Of a stretch of 64,000 nucleotides of DNA, positions 1 to 9,792 are shown piece by piece (within the stretch, counting starts at the first letter, position 1; every line of letters starts with the position of its first letter). Under the pieces are notes generated by a model, which did not search any database, was not told where the DNA came from, and saw only the letters and a program-made list of their open reading frames with translations. Location of the stretch: positions 62,001 to 126,000 of IMG/VR virus record IMGVR_UViG_3300024252_000004. One strand, written 5' to 3'. The position numbers and the translations under genes are program-made.

Positions 1-1
1 A

Positions 2-157
2 GGATGGAAGTGGACTGACTTTAAGGAAACCTATAACAGGTTGAAATGCAGAGCCAACATGGATGAACGAAATTTGACTCAAGCAGAACATGCAGAAGAG
101 ATGGGCTGGGTAAAAATATATGATGCCGGGCAAAGGCTATACAGGAAGAAATTATGA
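2..157 (+). CDS. 3' end of a phage protein truncated by the window start (...GWKWTDFKETYNRLKCRA...GWVKIYDAGQRLYRKKL*)
   Basis: Open frame from nt 2 to TGA at 155-157, overlapping the next ATG (ATGA). Hand-translated; not in the ORF track. Confidence 0.5.
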   Translation, partial: GWKWTDFKETYNRLKCRANMDERNLTQAEHAEEMGWVKIYDAGQRLYRKKL

Positions 158-1071
158 GCAGACTTAAAATTATGGATTTTTACGTGCATCAGGGTCATCA
201 ATACGAGTTCTTCAAAGGTAAGCATGACTTTTACCTATCAGGCTGCAACTCTCTACCGCCAGATTGGAATGCCGATCATAGGCCCACTCACGAAAACATG
301 ACATTCATTGATGAAAGGGATGCGTTACTCAATCATAATTTTGATGTAATTATGGTTCGTTCGCCATTGAATGCAAAACGATATGAAGCATTTCATAAGA
401 GGGGAGCTACAGGTATTGCGGTAGTTCAGACAACAGATCCTTTTCCGATCCCTGGGTGGGTTCCTTTCGTTGTGTGGAACTCTGAGGACGTAATGCGTCG
501 CTGGAAAGGCAGATTTCCAAAGAAGCAACACTTCTATATTCCTCATGGATTCGATCCAGACGAGTTTCGGGACTTATCTCTTGAGAGGATTGGTCCGGCA
601 TTAAGTGTGTGCAATGCATTCCGACAAAGGGCAGGATTCCTTGGTTATGATCTATGGAAATATCTTAGCAAAAGAAGTAAGTGTAAGATATACGGACATG
701 GTAACGAGAAGATGCGGCTCGACATCAGAGAGTGCGACAATTTTGAAGAGCTAATAAACGTGTATAATACACATAAGCTATACCTGAATACAACTCTTCA
801 CTCTGCAATGCCAAGAGCGAGGGCTGAAGCAATGATGTGCGGCATGCCATTGGTCACAACAGATAATTATGACATTGGAAAATATGTAGAGAATAAAAAG
901 GATTGTATCCTTACAAATGATAGAAACAAGATGCTTAAAGGAATCAATAAACTTCTTAAGTCCGAAGAGATGAGGGCGGAGTATGGTTCGCGTTCCAGAG
1001 AGATTGCGATAAAGCATTTTCATATCGATACTTACTTGGACAGATGGGACGAAGTTTTTAAGAGGGCCTAA
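154..1071 (+). CDS. GT-B glycosyltransferase (GT4-like)
   Basis: IPHGFD and C-terminal SAMPRARAEAMMCGMPLVTT donor-binding-type motif. Confidence 0.75.
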   Translation: MSRLKIMDFYVHQGHQYEFFKGKHDFYLSGCNSLPPDWNADHRPTHENMTFIDERDALLNHNFDVIMVRSPLNAKRYEAFHKRGATGIAVVQTTDPFPIPGWVPFVVWNSEDVMRRWKGRFPKKQHFYIPHGFDPDEFRDLSLERIGPALSVCNAFRQRAGFLGYDLWKYLSKRSKCKIYGHGNEKMRLDIRECDNFEELINVYNTHKLYLNTTLHSAMPRARAEAMMCGMPLVTTDNYDIGKYVENKKDCILTNDRNKMLKGINKLLKSEEMRAEYGSRSREIAIKHFHIDTYLDRWDEVFKRA

Positions 1072-1072
1072 G

Positions 1073-2077
1073 ATGAAGATTCTATATATTGACAATAGGG
1101 TATATGGGCATAACTCAGATCTGCACATAAAGTTTTTTCAGTATATGGAGAAGCGAAAGTATCATTCGATTTATGCCTACGGAGAGCATATGCCTCTCTA
1201 TTTCAAAAGAAGCTACGTACCTAAACGAGACAATGTAGCTAAAGATTTTGATAAGCTTCTTAAGAAAGTTAGACCCGATATCATTTTGACATATAACTGC
1301 AATGGTTCGAGCTACGAGATTGGATTAGATAACGTAGCTCAATTCAAATGGATTGCTCCGACTTTATCAAAGGTAGACATTCCTAAGTTTCATATAACTA
1401 CAGATTATTGTAGGTCTGGGTTCAGGAAAGAACAGGCGAAGTGGTTTGAGGATGTTAATTACACGGCAGCATTCTTCAGGCATAAGGTGGCATTGGATCA
1501 TCCGATTGAGGTGCCTGCATTTTGGTTGCCATTTTCTGTTGACCGAAGACTTTACCAAAGAAATTCTCAGATAAATGTTTCAAGGAAAAAACCAAAGGTA
1601 GGGTTCCTTGGGGCGGCACACAATTCTTCCAAGAAGCTGTATGCGAATAGGATTGCGGCATTTGACATGCTTGAGGAGAAAGATATGCTGGTTACATCCG
1701 CAGTCACCAATCCGATCAAAGGAACTCGAAAGATGTATTTCGGGGAGCAGTATGTTAGATTTTGGACAAGGAATATGTTTGGGCTAACATGTGGTGGAAC
1801 ATGTAATTTTATGACGGCAAAGTATTTTCAGATTCCGGCAGCGTATAGTATGCTCGTGTGCTCTCCGACAGAGGGTTTGGAAATTTTCCCTAAGGACACC
1901 TACATTACTTATGATCGAAAGAATATTGAGCAGTTGCACAAAGATCTTATTTGGCATATCAACAATTACTCAATTACAAAACAGAAGATAAGGACCTTGA
2001 ACAATTATGTCATGTTGAATCATAATCATGACATCAGAATTAAAAGGTTCACAAAAAGGATTAAGAAGCTCATATGA
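1073..2077 (+). CDS. GT-B glycosyltransferase (CgeB/Glyco_trans_1_2-like)
   Basis: WLPFSVD, VGFLG, KYFQIPAAYSMLV, NHNHDIR resemble CgeB-family motifs. Confidence 0.62.
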   Translation: MKILYIDNRVYGHNSDLHIKFFQYMEKRKYHSIYAYGEHMPLYFKRSYVPKRDNVAKDFDKLLKKVRPDIILTYNCNGSSYEIGLDNVAQFKWIAPTLSKVDIPKFHITTDYCRSGFRKEQAKWFEDVNYTAAFFRHKVALDHPIEVPAFWLPFSVDRRLYQRNSQINVSRKKPKVGFLGAAHNSSKKLYANRIAAFDMLEEKDMLVTSAVTNPIKGTRKMYFGEQYVRFWTRNMFGLTCGGTCNFMTAKYFQIPAAYSMLVCSPTEGLEIFPKDTYITYDRKNIEQLHKDLIWHINNYSITKQKIRTLNNYVMLNHNHDIRIKRFTKRIKKLI

Positions 2078-3027
2078 AAATCTTATTTTACTCTTCCCCT
2101 TACCAGTATTATCTGGAGAACTTAACTCCATTGGTCGAGGCAGCAAAGGAACGTGGACACAAAGTCTATACCAGATTTGCATTAAAGGAAGAGAAGAACA
2201 TCCGGAAGCTATTACCTGATGGAGAAGAGACTCATACCATCCACGATCTTATCGAGAAGAGAATGGTGGATGCAGTCGTTCTTGTTCAGCCATGGTGGTA
2301 TGCGGACAAGGAGGTTGCCGGAGCTTGCAACAAATATAATGTTCCATTCTACATAGTAGATCATGCTCCACCTATGATGCCGTACACTGAGGCTTCTGGA
2401 AAAAAGAGTCATCTGTATAGGGCTCGACTTTATAATGCAAGAGCATTCTTTGCTTATGGTGCAGCTACAAAGCAGGTGATGAGAAAAAGGGGCTGCAAGG
2501 AAAAAATTGTAGTCACTGGTTCTCCAAGGGTGGAGGCTATGCTTGAAAGGTATAAGGGTTTTGAGCAGAAGAAGGATTTTAAAGCATTTGTTCTGTATGA
2601 TACATCCCATAGGATGGAAGATAAATCTTTGATTAAAGAGGTCAATAAGCTTCGTAAAGATCTTGGAGCGGATTGGCAGATTTTTATCAAAAGGCATGCT
2701 CGAAGCCCTGATAATTTTAGGAAGATATCAGGAATTGGGTCACTTGAGGGGCCAGAAGAACAGATAGTTTTCTTTGCCGATATGGTGGGATTTACTTTTC
2801 CGTCCTCTGCGATGATTTTGCCAGCCATTGTTGACAAAGATATGGTGGCGCTATATGATAAACATTATTGCACAGAAGCTGTAGGGTATTTCAGAAAGTA
2901 TCAAGAGGCTATTCCGAATAGAAAAGGAAAGAGGGTTAGTACTTACAAAGAATTCATTACAGATAATTATCACACAAGAGGCTCGCCAACTAAAACCATT
3001 TTAGATTACATTGAGGGGAAGACATGA
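2074..3027 (+). CDS. GT-B-fold surface carbohydrate enzyme (glycerophosphotransferase/ulosonate transferase-like)
   Basis: IVVTGSPRVE motif, IKRH, located directly upstream of the neuB/neuA/kds genes. Confidence 0.5.
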   Translation: MKILFYSSPYQYYLENLTPLVEAAKERGHKVYTRFALKEEKNIRKLLPDGEETHTIHDLIEKRMVDAVVLVQPWWYADKEVAGACNKYNVPFYIVDHAPPMMPYTEASGKKSHLYRARLYNARAFFAYGAATKQVMRKRGCKEKIVVTGSPRVEAMLERYKGFEQKKDFKAFVLYDTSHRMEDKSLIKEVNKLRKDLGADWQIFIKRHARSPDNFRKISGIGSLEGPEEQIVFFADMVGFTFPSSAMILPAIVDKDMVALYDKHYCTEAVGYFRKYQEAIPNRKGKRVSTYKEFITDNYHTRGSPTKTILDYIEGKT

Positions 3028-3347
3028 AGATAGCATTCGATTTAGACCATACAGTTTTAACACAGGGATCACCCGATAACAATTACGCAGACTCAGCAGT
3101 CAAACCAGGCATGGTAGAGTTTGTGAATTCTTTTCATGATAAGGGTCACGAGATTTACTTCTTCACTGCAAGGCATTTTAAGCACCATGTATATACTGAC
3201 GAATTCCTACGAGCAGCAGGGTTCAAATTTCATGGGCTATACCTCAACAAGATTTCAGTACATCTCTTTGTGGATGACAGGGGTTTCCGTTGGGAAGATG
3301 GCAAAGAGCAGGAGCTTGTAGAACTAGTGGAGAGTATGGATGAGTGA
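3024..3347 (+). CDS. Small HAD-family phosphatase (capsule-biosynthesis phosphatase type)
   Basis: MKIAFDLDHTV (DxDxT), FFTAR, FVDDRG motifs. Confidence 0.72.
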   Translation: MKIAFDLDHTVLTQGSPDNNYADSAVKPGMVEFVNSFHDKGHEIYFFTARHFKHHVYTDEFLRAAGFKFHGLYLNKISVHLFVDDRGFRWEDGKEQELVELVESMDE

Positions 3348-3540
3348 ATCAGTCACATACATCAAGGCGCAGTGTTGCAATGAAGATTGTTATGCGATTG
3401 ATAATGAGGAGCCATGCTGGGGAGATACACAAGCCATCGATGAAGAATATTACGGTGATGACGATTACTATTGGGTCCATGCTTGCGAAGGTCATCAGGA
3501 CAAATATCATGGCGGAGACTACATAGAGGAGGAGCAATGA
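3340..3540 (+). CDS. Small acidic Cys/His-rich hypothetical protein
   Basis: 66-aa ORF overlapping both neighbours; CCNEDC, CWG, HACEGH. Confidence 0.5.
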   Translation: MSESVTYIKAQCCNEDCYAIDNEEPCWGDTQAIDEEYYGDDDYYWVHACEGHQDKYHGGDYIEEEQ

Positions 3541-4379
3541 GAGTTATTGCAGAGGTCGGATGCAACCATAAAGGTGACATTGAAATTGCGAAAGAGCACA
3601 TGCGTATTGCGAAAGAAGTCTGTAATGCTGACGTTGTCAAGTTTCAGAAGAGAACGAACCGAGAACTACTCTCCGAAGAGGAATTTGACGCGCCTCATCC
3701 TGTTCCATATAATTCTTATGGAGCTACCTATGGCGAGCATAGAGAGTTTTTAGAGTTCAGCATGGATCAGCATATGGAGCTTATGAGATATGCGGAAGAG
3801 TTGGGGATTGATTATTCTGCATCAGTGTGGGATATGACATCCACGAAACAATTGGTTAAGTTAAACCCCAGTCTTATCAAGATACCATCGCCAAGAAATA
3901 CTCAGTATGAAATGCTCGAATACTTGGTCAAGAATTATGCAGGGGAGATTCATCTTTCGCTTGGCATGACAACTCGCAAAGAGGAGGTTCGTATAATGAA
4001 AGTGCTGGACCCTGTTCGTGAAAGAGTCGTGTTGTACGCCTGCACTTCAGGTTATCCGGTAGACTTCAAGGATGTATGTCTTTATGAAGTTAAAAGATTA
4101 AAGGAGACATGGGGCAATGCAGTTTTGGGAATTGGTTTTTCTGGTCATCATCTTGGAATCGCCGTCGATATGGGCGCAATTACACTTGGCGCAACAGTAT
4201 TGGAAAGGCACTTCACTCTCGATAGAACGTGGAAGGGAACTGATCACGCTGCTTCGTTGGAGCCTGATGGGTTACGGCGATTAGTCCGAGACTCTAAAGC
4301 AATGACGCAAGCACTGACTTATAAGAATCAGCAGATTCTTGAGGTAGAGCAGGTGCAAAGGGATAAGTTTAAAAAATGA
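3537..4379 (+). CDS. neuB: Nonulosonic acid (NeuB/Kdn-9-P type) synthase, short form without C-terminal SAF domain
   Basis: IAEVGCNHKGD, VKFQKR, ACTSGYP, GFSGH, LERHFTLDR; start moved to ATG 3537 behind GGAGGAG. Confidence 0.9.
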   Translation: MRVIAEVGCNHKGDIEIAKEHMRIAKEVCNADVVKFQKRTNRELLSEEEFDAPHPVPYNSYGATYGEHREFLEFSMDQHMELMRYAEELGIDYSASVWDMTSTKQLVKLNPSLIKIPSPRNTQYEMLEYLVKNYAGEIHLSLGMTTRKEEVRIMKVLDPVRERVVLYACTSGYPVDFKDVCLYEVKRLKETWGNAVLGIGFSGHHLGIAVDMGAITLGATVLERHFTLDRTWKGTDHAASLEPDGLRRLVRDSKAMTQALTYKNQQILEVEQVQRDKFKK

Positions 4380-5053
4380 AAACAGTAGCGGTTTTATTAG
4401 CCAGAGGTGGGAGCAAAGAGATTCCAAGGAAAAATTTGATCGATGTGTGCGGTCAGCCTTTAATTTCTTATGGTATCGGTGCGGCTGTATTTGCCGGACT
4501 TGAGACATGGGTGAGTACCGACGATGAAGAAATTGCTGCGGTTTCCAAAGAGTGGGGAGCTAAAGTATTGATGCGACCAGCGGAGTTGGCAACAGATACC
4601 TCTCAGTCAGAGGACGCTTTGCTACACTTTGCTGAAAATGTTGAGTTCGATAGGTTGGTGTTCATTCAGCCAACCTCGCCGCTCCTGAAGCTACGCCACA
4701 TTAAAGAGGGCCTTAGATTAATGGAACAATATGATTCTGTATTCTCAGGGAATATAGATCACTGGACTCCCAAGTGGGGAGATGTAAATTATCGGAAAAA
4801 TTCAGCTATAGAGAAAAGACTTCTTCCAATCAGTTGGAAATTAGATAATCGACCAAGAAGGCAAGATGCTGCTGGCGGTGTTTATACAGAGAATGGAGCT
4901 TTTTACATTACTTCTAAAGAAAGATTGATGGAGTCAGAGTGCCGTTACTCAGGCAATATCGGTTGTTATGAGATGCTACAGTCGGAAAGTTTCCAAGTGG
5001 ACTCCTATGACGATCTAAGAATAATCGAAGCTATATTGGGAAGATCCAGATAA
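4376..5053 (+). CDS. neuA: Acylneuraminate/nonulosonate cytidylyltransferase
   Basis: ARGGSKEIPRKN, VSTDD, QPTSP, ENGAFY, QVDSYDD. Confidence 0.88.
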   Translation: MKTVAVLLARGGSKEIPRKNLIDVCGQPLISYGIGAAVFAGLETWVSTDDEEIAAVSKEWGAKVLMRPAELATDTSQSEDALLHFAENVEFDRLVFIQPTSPLLKLRHIKEGLRLMEQYDSVFSGNIDHWTPKWGDVNYRKNSAIEKRLLPISWKLDNRPRRQDAAGGVYTENGAFYITSKERLMESECRYSGNIGCYEMLQSESFQVDSYDDLRIIEAILGRSR

Positions 5054-5067
5054 TCGGAGGATGAACT

Positions 5068-5847
5068 GTGAGTAATTTAACATTGATAGCCGGCCCTTGT
5101 GCTGTAGAGAATGAGGAGACTCCATTCCTTGTGGCAAATACTGTAAAGGAAATTTGCGACAGACTTGGTGGAATCGACTTTATCTTTAAGGCTTCTTGGA
5201 AGAAGGCCAACCGAACACGATTGGATTCCTTCACGGGAATTGACAGACAGGATGCTCTTGATATTCTCAAGAGAGTGCGTGATGAACTTGGACTTCCAGT
5301 TATCACAGATATCCACGAGAGTCATGAGGCTGCATTGGTTGCGGACTACGTAACTCATTTGCAGATACCAGCTTTCTTATGCAGGCAGACAGATTTGCTT
5401 ATGGCAGCAGGAGCTACAGGGTTGCCGGTTGGGGTCAAGAAAGGACAATTTGTTTCTCCGGAAATGATGCAACATGCTGTGACTAAGATTAAGGCCGGTG
5501 GTGGATCAGACGTATTCCTTATGGAGAGAGGCACAACTTTCGGTTATAAGAATCTTGTAGTTGACTTTACCTCCTTACCAAAGATGAGAGAGTACGCTCC
5601 TGTATTTTTGGACTGTACTCATTGCCTGCAAGAGCCGAACCAAGCTCATGGAGTTACTGGTGGCAATCCTGCAATGATTGGGCATATGGTTAATGCGGCT
5701 GTTGCGGTTGGTGTAGATGGCTTATTTATCGAGACTCACCCAGACCCTGCTTCGGCAGGAAGTGACTCAGCAACGCAGTTGCAGCTTGACCAGCTTGAGA
5801 GAATTCTTGAGAGGGCAATGAGAGTTAGAGAAGCGGCGAGTTCATAA
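5068..5847 (+). CDS. kdsA: KDO-8-phosphate synthase
   Basis: IAGPCAVE, KASWKKANRT, QIPAFLCRQTDL, KKGQF, ERGTTFGY, ETHPDP. Confidence 0.95.
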   Translation: MSNLTLIAGPCAVENEETPFLVANTVKEICDRLGGIDFIFKASWKKANRTRLDSFTGIDRQDALDILKRVRDELGLPVITDIHESHEAALVADYVTHLQIPAFLCRQTDLLMAAGATGLPVGVKKGQFVSPEMMQHAVTKIKAGGGSDVFLMERGTTFGYKNLVVDFTSLPKMREYAPVFLDCTHCLQEPNQAHGVTGGNPAMIGHMVNAAVAVGVDGLFIETHPDPASAGSDSATQLQLDQLERILERAMRVREAASS

Positions 5848-6647
5848 TGGGTCGTAAGAAAAAAGTATTGGGAGTTATCCCTGCAAGGTATGGCTCCAAT
5901 AGATTGCCAGGTAAGCCACTGGCTGACATAGCAGGTAAGCCTATGATTCAATGGGTATATGAAAGGGCTATGTCTGCGGAACTTGATGGATTAGTTGTAG
6001 CTACAGATGATCAAAGGATTGTGGACGTAGTTAAGGCTTTCGGTGGCGATGTCGTAATGACATCTATGGATCATGTATCTGGCACCGCAAGAATGTGTGA
6101 AGTTGAAGGTATGAAAAGATTTGAGGACTACGACTACTTCATTAATATCCAAGGCGACCAGCCATTGATCGAAGAGTATACCATCAGGATGCTGTCGCTT
6201 AATCTTGTCAATTTCAAGCCAAATGAAATGGCGGTGCTGACGCTTGTGGCATCTCTTAAGAAAGACGAGATAAATAATCCTTCCGTTGCTAAGGTTGTTA
6301 CCGATAAAAATGGAAGAGCGTTATACTTTAGTCGTTCAGCAATTCCTTATACAAGGGAGGGAGATAGCGTCTCCCATTTCTATACAGATTTTCTTAGTAA
6401 GAAGAGTCCTTATCTTAAGCATCTTGGCGTTTATGGTTTTACAAAGAAGACTATCGATAAGGTTAGGGGATTGGAGACTTCTTATTTGGAGGAGACTGAG
6501 AAGCTTGAACAATTAACTTGGCTTTACGAAGGCATTCCTGTTTATACAGCTTTTGGTACGGATGTAAATAAGATATCGGTAGATACCCAAGAGGATCTCG
6601 ATAGGGTCAGGAAGATTGTGGAGAAGCGGGAAAAAGTGCGGTCATGA
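5847..6647 (+). CDS. kdsB: CMP-Kdo synthetase
   Basis: IPARYGSNRLPGKPLA, NIQGDQP, ALYFSRSAIP, HLGVYGF, EKLEQL, SVDTQED. Confidence 0.95.
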   Translation: MGRKKKVLGVIPARYGSNRLPGKPLADIAGKPMIQWVYERAMSAELDGLVVATDDQRIVDVVKAFGGDVVMTSMDHVSGTARMCEVEGMKRFEDYDYFINIQGDQPLIEEYTIRMLSLNLVNFKPNEMAVLTLVASLKKDEINNPSVAKVVTDKNGRALYFSRSAIPYTREGDSVSHFYTDFLSKKSPYLKHLGVYGFTKKTIDKVRGLETSYLEETEKLEQLTWLYEGIPVYTAFGTDVNKISVDTQEDLDRVRKIVEKREKVRS

Positions 6648-6703
6648 TTTATAGAATAAAAGATATAGAATTTTATCAGAAAGTAACAGGATGAAACAAA
6701 GTA

Positions 6704-7288
6704 ATGAAAACAGCGCAAGAGATAATTCAGGAAGAGATTAAGGCACTTCAGGCGATACCTTTAACCGGTATCCAAGAAGCTGTTGACGCCATCGTGGCCT
6801 GCGAAGGTAAAATTGTCTTTACAGGTATGGGAAAGGCTGGCTTAATTGCACGAAAAATTGCAGCGACCTTTGCCTCAACAGGAACGCCAGCATTTTATAT
6901 GCATCCTTGCGAGGCGCAGCATGGCGATCTGGGAATGATCGGGAAAGGCGATATGATACTGGCATTCTCGAACTCAGGTAGGACGAGAGAAGTTGTTGAG
7001 ACCGTCTCTCTTGCTAAGATTTTAGTTGACGGCATGAAACTAGTTACAGTAACATCCAACAGGGCTGCTGAGCTTGCATTAATCTCCGATGTGGTAATCG
7101 AGACAGGAGGATATCCTGAGGTGTGCCCACTTGGAATGGCGCCTACTTGCTCAACAACAGCGATGCTTGTTATCGGAGATGTTCTATCTATGATGGTAAT
7201 GGAAGCTAAGGAATTCTCAATTGAGGAGTATTCTAAAAGGCATCATGGCGGCTATCTTGGACAGAAATCAAGAGGAGAAGTTAAATGA
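6704..7288 (+). CDS. kdsD: Arabinose-5-phosphate isomerase, SIS domain only (no CBS pair)
   Basis: TGMGKAGLIARKIAATFASTGTP, EAQHGDLG, SNSGRT, APTCSTT, RHHGGYLG. Confidence 0.88.
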   Translation: MKTAQEIIQEEIKALQAIPLTGIQEAVDAIVACEGKIVFTGMGKAGLIARKIAATFASTGTPAFYMHPCEAQHGDLGMIGKGDMILAFSNSGRTREVVETVSLAKILVDGMKLVTVTSNRAAELALISDVVIETGGYPEVCPLGMAPTCSTTAMLVIGDVLSMMVMEAKEFSIEEYSKRHHGGYLGQKSRGEVK

Positions 7289-8091
7289 GATCAGTAGTTA
7301 ATCAAGATGGAAAGAAAGTAAGAAGACTTGATACAATTTATATCGGGTACGATAGCAGGGAGCATGAAGCAGTTGAGGTTTTAATTGATTCAATTGAGCG
7401 TCATGCATCAAGACCTCTTAACATTGTGACCTTGAATCAGATGGGCCTTCGTAAAGCGGGACTATACACAAGGGCGCCTCATCTGGATTCTACAGTTTGG
7501 GCCTCAAATCCTTTTGGGCACATGCATGACAGAATGGATGGCAAGCCATATTCTACAGAGTTTAGTTTCTCAAGGTTCCTTGTACCATTCCTGAATCAGC
7601 GTGAGGGATTCGCACTATTCATGGACTGCGATATGTATTTCAGAAGTGACCCTTGTGAGATTTTTGATAATTTCGCAACAGAAGATGCACCAGCAATTCA
7701 GTGTGTTCAGCACGAGTATGAGCATGGTGGAAATCTTAAGTTAAAACTATACGGATGTCCGCAGACTTTCTACAGGAGAAAGAATTGGTCCAGTGTAATG
7801 CTTTGGAACTGTGGACACGCAGGTCACGATAACCTTACAGTTGGAGATGTTAATATGAAGTCCGGAACATGGCTTCATAATTTCAAGTGGCTGGAGGATC
7901 AGGACATTGGTGCTCTACCTGAAGAGTGGAACTGGCTTGACGGTCACTCTCCAGAAGATTTGGAGCCAAAGAATGTTCATTTCACTACTGGCGGACCATG
8001 GTTTGATACTTGGATTGCTGAAAGATTTACAGATCTTCAATACTCTAACGAATGGGTTGAGTTGCGAAAAAACCTAAGTAATAAGAAATGA
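7285..8091 (+). CDS. GT-A glycosyltransferase (GT8-like, common in phage glycan loci)
   Basis: IYIGYDSRE, STEFSFSRFLVP, FMDCDM (DxD), KNWSSVML, WNWL, HFTTGGPWF. Confidence 0.75.
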   Translation: MRSVVNQDGKKVRRLDTIYIGYDSREHEAVEVLIDSIERHASRPLNIVTLNQMGLRKAGLYTRAPHLDSTVWASNPFGHMHDRMDGKPYSTEFSFSRFLVPFLNQREGFALFMDCDMYFRSDPCEIFDNFATEDAPAIQCVQHEYEHGGNLKLKLYGCPQTFYRRKNWSSVMLWNCGHAGHDNLTVGDVNMKSGTWLHNFKWLEDQDIGALPEEWNWLDGHSPEDLEPKNVHFTTGGPWFDTWIAERFTDLQYSNEWVELRKNLSNKK

Positions 8092-8849
8092 AGAAAGTTA
8101 TTTTAACAAATCCTTTAAAGAGCAAAAAGCTTTTTAAAAAACAGGCACGAGCTTTATCGAAAGAATACAAGTATCTATTTTTAAACGCAACTAAGGACGA
8201 GGTTTTTTTTCAAAAGAAAAAAAGGAAAATGTTTGGTTCTTTGCTTGTTCCGGATGGTGATAGTCATTTTCCCAAGGCTCACGATAGATATCAATATGCC
8301 ACCTTTCTGCTTGCAACCATTTATTTGAAAGAAAAAAGAGTGGCGGTAGACGTTGGGGCTCATGTTGGTTTCATGTCAAGAGCAATGTCCGAAATATTCA
8401 ACACAACAATTTCTATCGAGCCAGATCAAAGAAATTATCAGTGCCTTCAGCTTAACTGCCCCAAAGTTCTTCACATCAATGAGGCTGTAGGAACAGGTAA
8501 GGAAACCGGTTCAATAGTCTCTCATATAGAGAATACCGGCATGAATTATTTTGAAGAAGGCAGTGATGGTATGCAGACTTGCAGGATTGACGATTTGATA
8601 GAAGAAACAGATCAGGTTGATCTAATCAAATTCGATATCCAAGGTTTTGAGTATAAGGCTCTACTTGGAGCAGCAAAGACTATTGAAAAATGGATGCCTA
8701 TATTAATAGTGGAAGTTTCTATGGGTAATGGAGAATTTCATGATATAGAAGAAATACGAGAATTGTTATTTAATTTAGGATATGTAGAAGAGCTGAAATT
8801 TGGAAAGGATTGCCTGTATGTTCCGAAAGGAAAATCATTAAGGATATAA
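8088..8849 (+). CDS. FkbM-family SAM methyltransferase
   Basis: VDVGAHVG, SIEP, LIKFDIQGFEYKALLGA. Confidence 0.82.
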   Translation: MKKVILTNPLKSKKLFKKQARALSKEYKYLFLNATKDEVFFQKKKRKMFGSLLVPDGDSHFPKAHDRYQYATFLLATIYLKEKRVAVDVGAHVGFMSRAMSEIFNTTISIEPDQRNYQCLQLNCPKVLHINEAVGTGKETGSIVSHIENTGMNYFEEGSDGMQTCRIDDLIEETDQVDLIKFDIQGFEYKALLGAAKTIEKWMPILIVEVSMGNGEFHDIEEIRELLFNLGYVEELKFGKDCLYVPKGKSLRI

Positions 8850-8850
8850 A

Positions 8851-9789
8851 GTGAAGAAGACAAGGATTGACATAGTTTATGCTAAAAGAAAATCGACTGC
8901 AATAGATAGTATTCCTTGGGTTGAGGGACTTTCAGAATATCTGAAAATCGATCCTGAGATTACAGTATCTTGCGCTCTTGATGGAACACCTGAAGCAGAT
9001 TTAATTATATCTCCAATGGGAACTGGGCATAACCACTCAAAAAGCTCTCGTGCCCTTAGTGATGTCATTAAGAATTCATCTTGCCCTAAGCTTATCGTGA
9101 CTAAAGGAATATTCTCCGGATGGGGGAATATGACAATGACTTTTTCGTATATTGATAGCGGAGGACACATCAATCTTTTTCCAAAAAAAAGGATGATGCA
9201 ACCGGAACATATTAGAAGATTGATAAAGAGAAAACCTACAGGTTTCTCCATACAGCCATGGAAAAGAAATGGGGACTATTTTCTCTTTTGTGCTCAGAAT
9301 AGTCGCCCTCCATATTTCTCATATTATTATAACATAAGTTACAATACTTGGGCGTATAATTGTATACAGCATTTGTTAAAGAAGACAGATGAAAAGATTA
9401 TATATAGATTCCATCCAAGGAAATATCACCAGAATGAGAATTTGAGGTTCGGCAAAAGATTAACAGAATTATCTGATAGGATAGAAGTCTCTCCGTTTGA
9501 AAAGTCATTACAAGATGATTTTGAAGGAGCGAAGAAGGTGTTTACCTACAACTCTGGCGTTGCGATCAAATCAGTTTTCGCAGGAATCCCAACAGTGGTA
9601 GGGTGCAGATATTTTACAGGTCCAACAGCAGTGGTTGGATACGAAAATTTCAAAAAAAATTTAAGGCCGAATAGAACCGAATGGTTTTACAGACTAGCTC
9701 ATACAACTTGGTCCAACAAGGAAGTTCTTGATGGAAAAGCAAACTCATATATTTATGAGCTTGGAATGAAAAAAGATTTTAAAAGGTAA
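8851..9789 (+). CDS. KpsS/KpsC-like (Capsule_synth) GT-B protein, paralogue 1
   Basis: YRFHP...SLQDDFEGAKKVFTYNSGVAIKSVFAGIP C-terminal pattern shared with paralogues. Confidence 0.6.
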   Translation: MKKTRIDIVYAKRKSTAIDSIPWVEGLSEYLKIDPEITVSCALDGTPEADLIISPMGTGHNHSKSSRALSDVIKNSSCPKLIVTKGIFSGWGNMTMTFSYIDSGGHINLFPKKRMMQPEHIRRLIKRKPTGFSIQPWKRNGDYFLFCAQNSRPPYFSYYYNISYNTWAYNCIQHLLKKTDEKIIYRFHPRKYHQNENLRFGKRLTELSDRIEVSPFEKSLQDDFEGAKKVFTYNSGVAIKSVFAGIPTVVGCRYFTGPTAVVGYENFKKNLRPNRTEWFYRLAHTTWSNKEVLDGKANSYIYELGMKKDFKR

Positions 9790-9792
9790 ATC

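Noticed and set aside
6644-6694. 16-aa ORF between kdsB and kdsD (MIYRIKDIEFYQKVTG)
   Set aside because: Too short and no clear RBS; may be a remnant.
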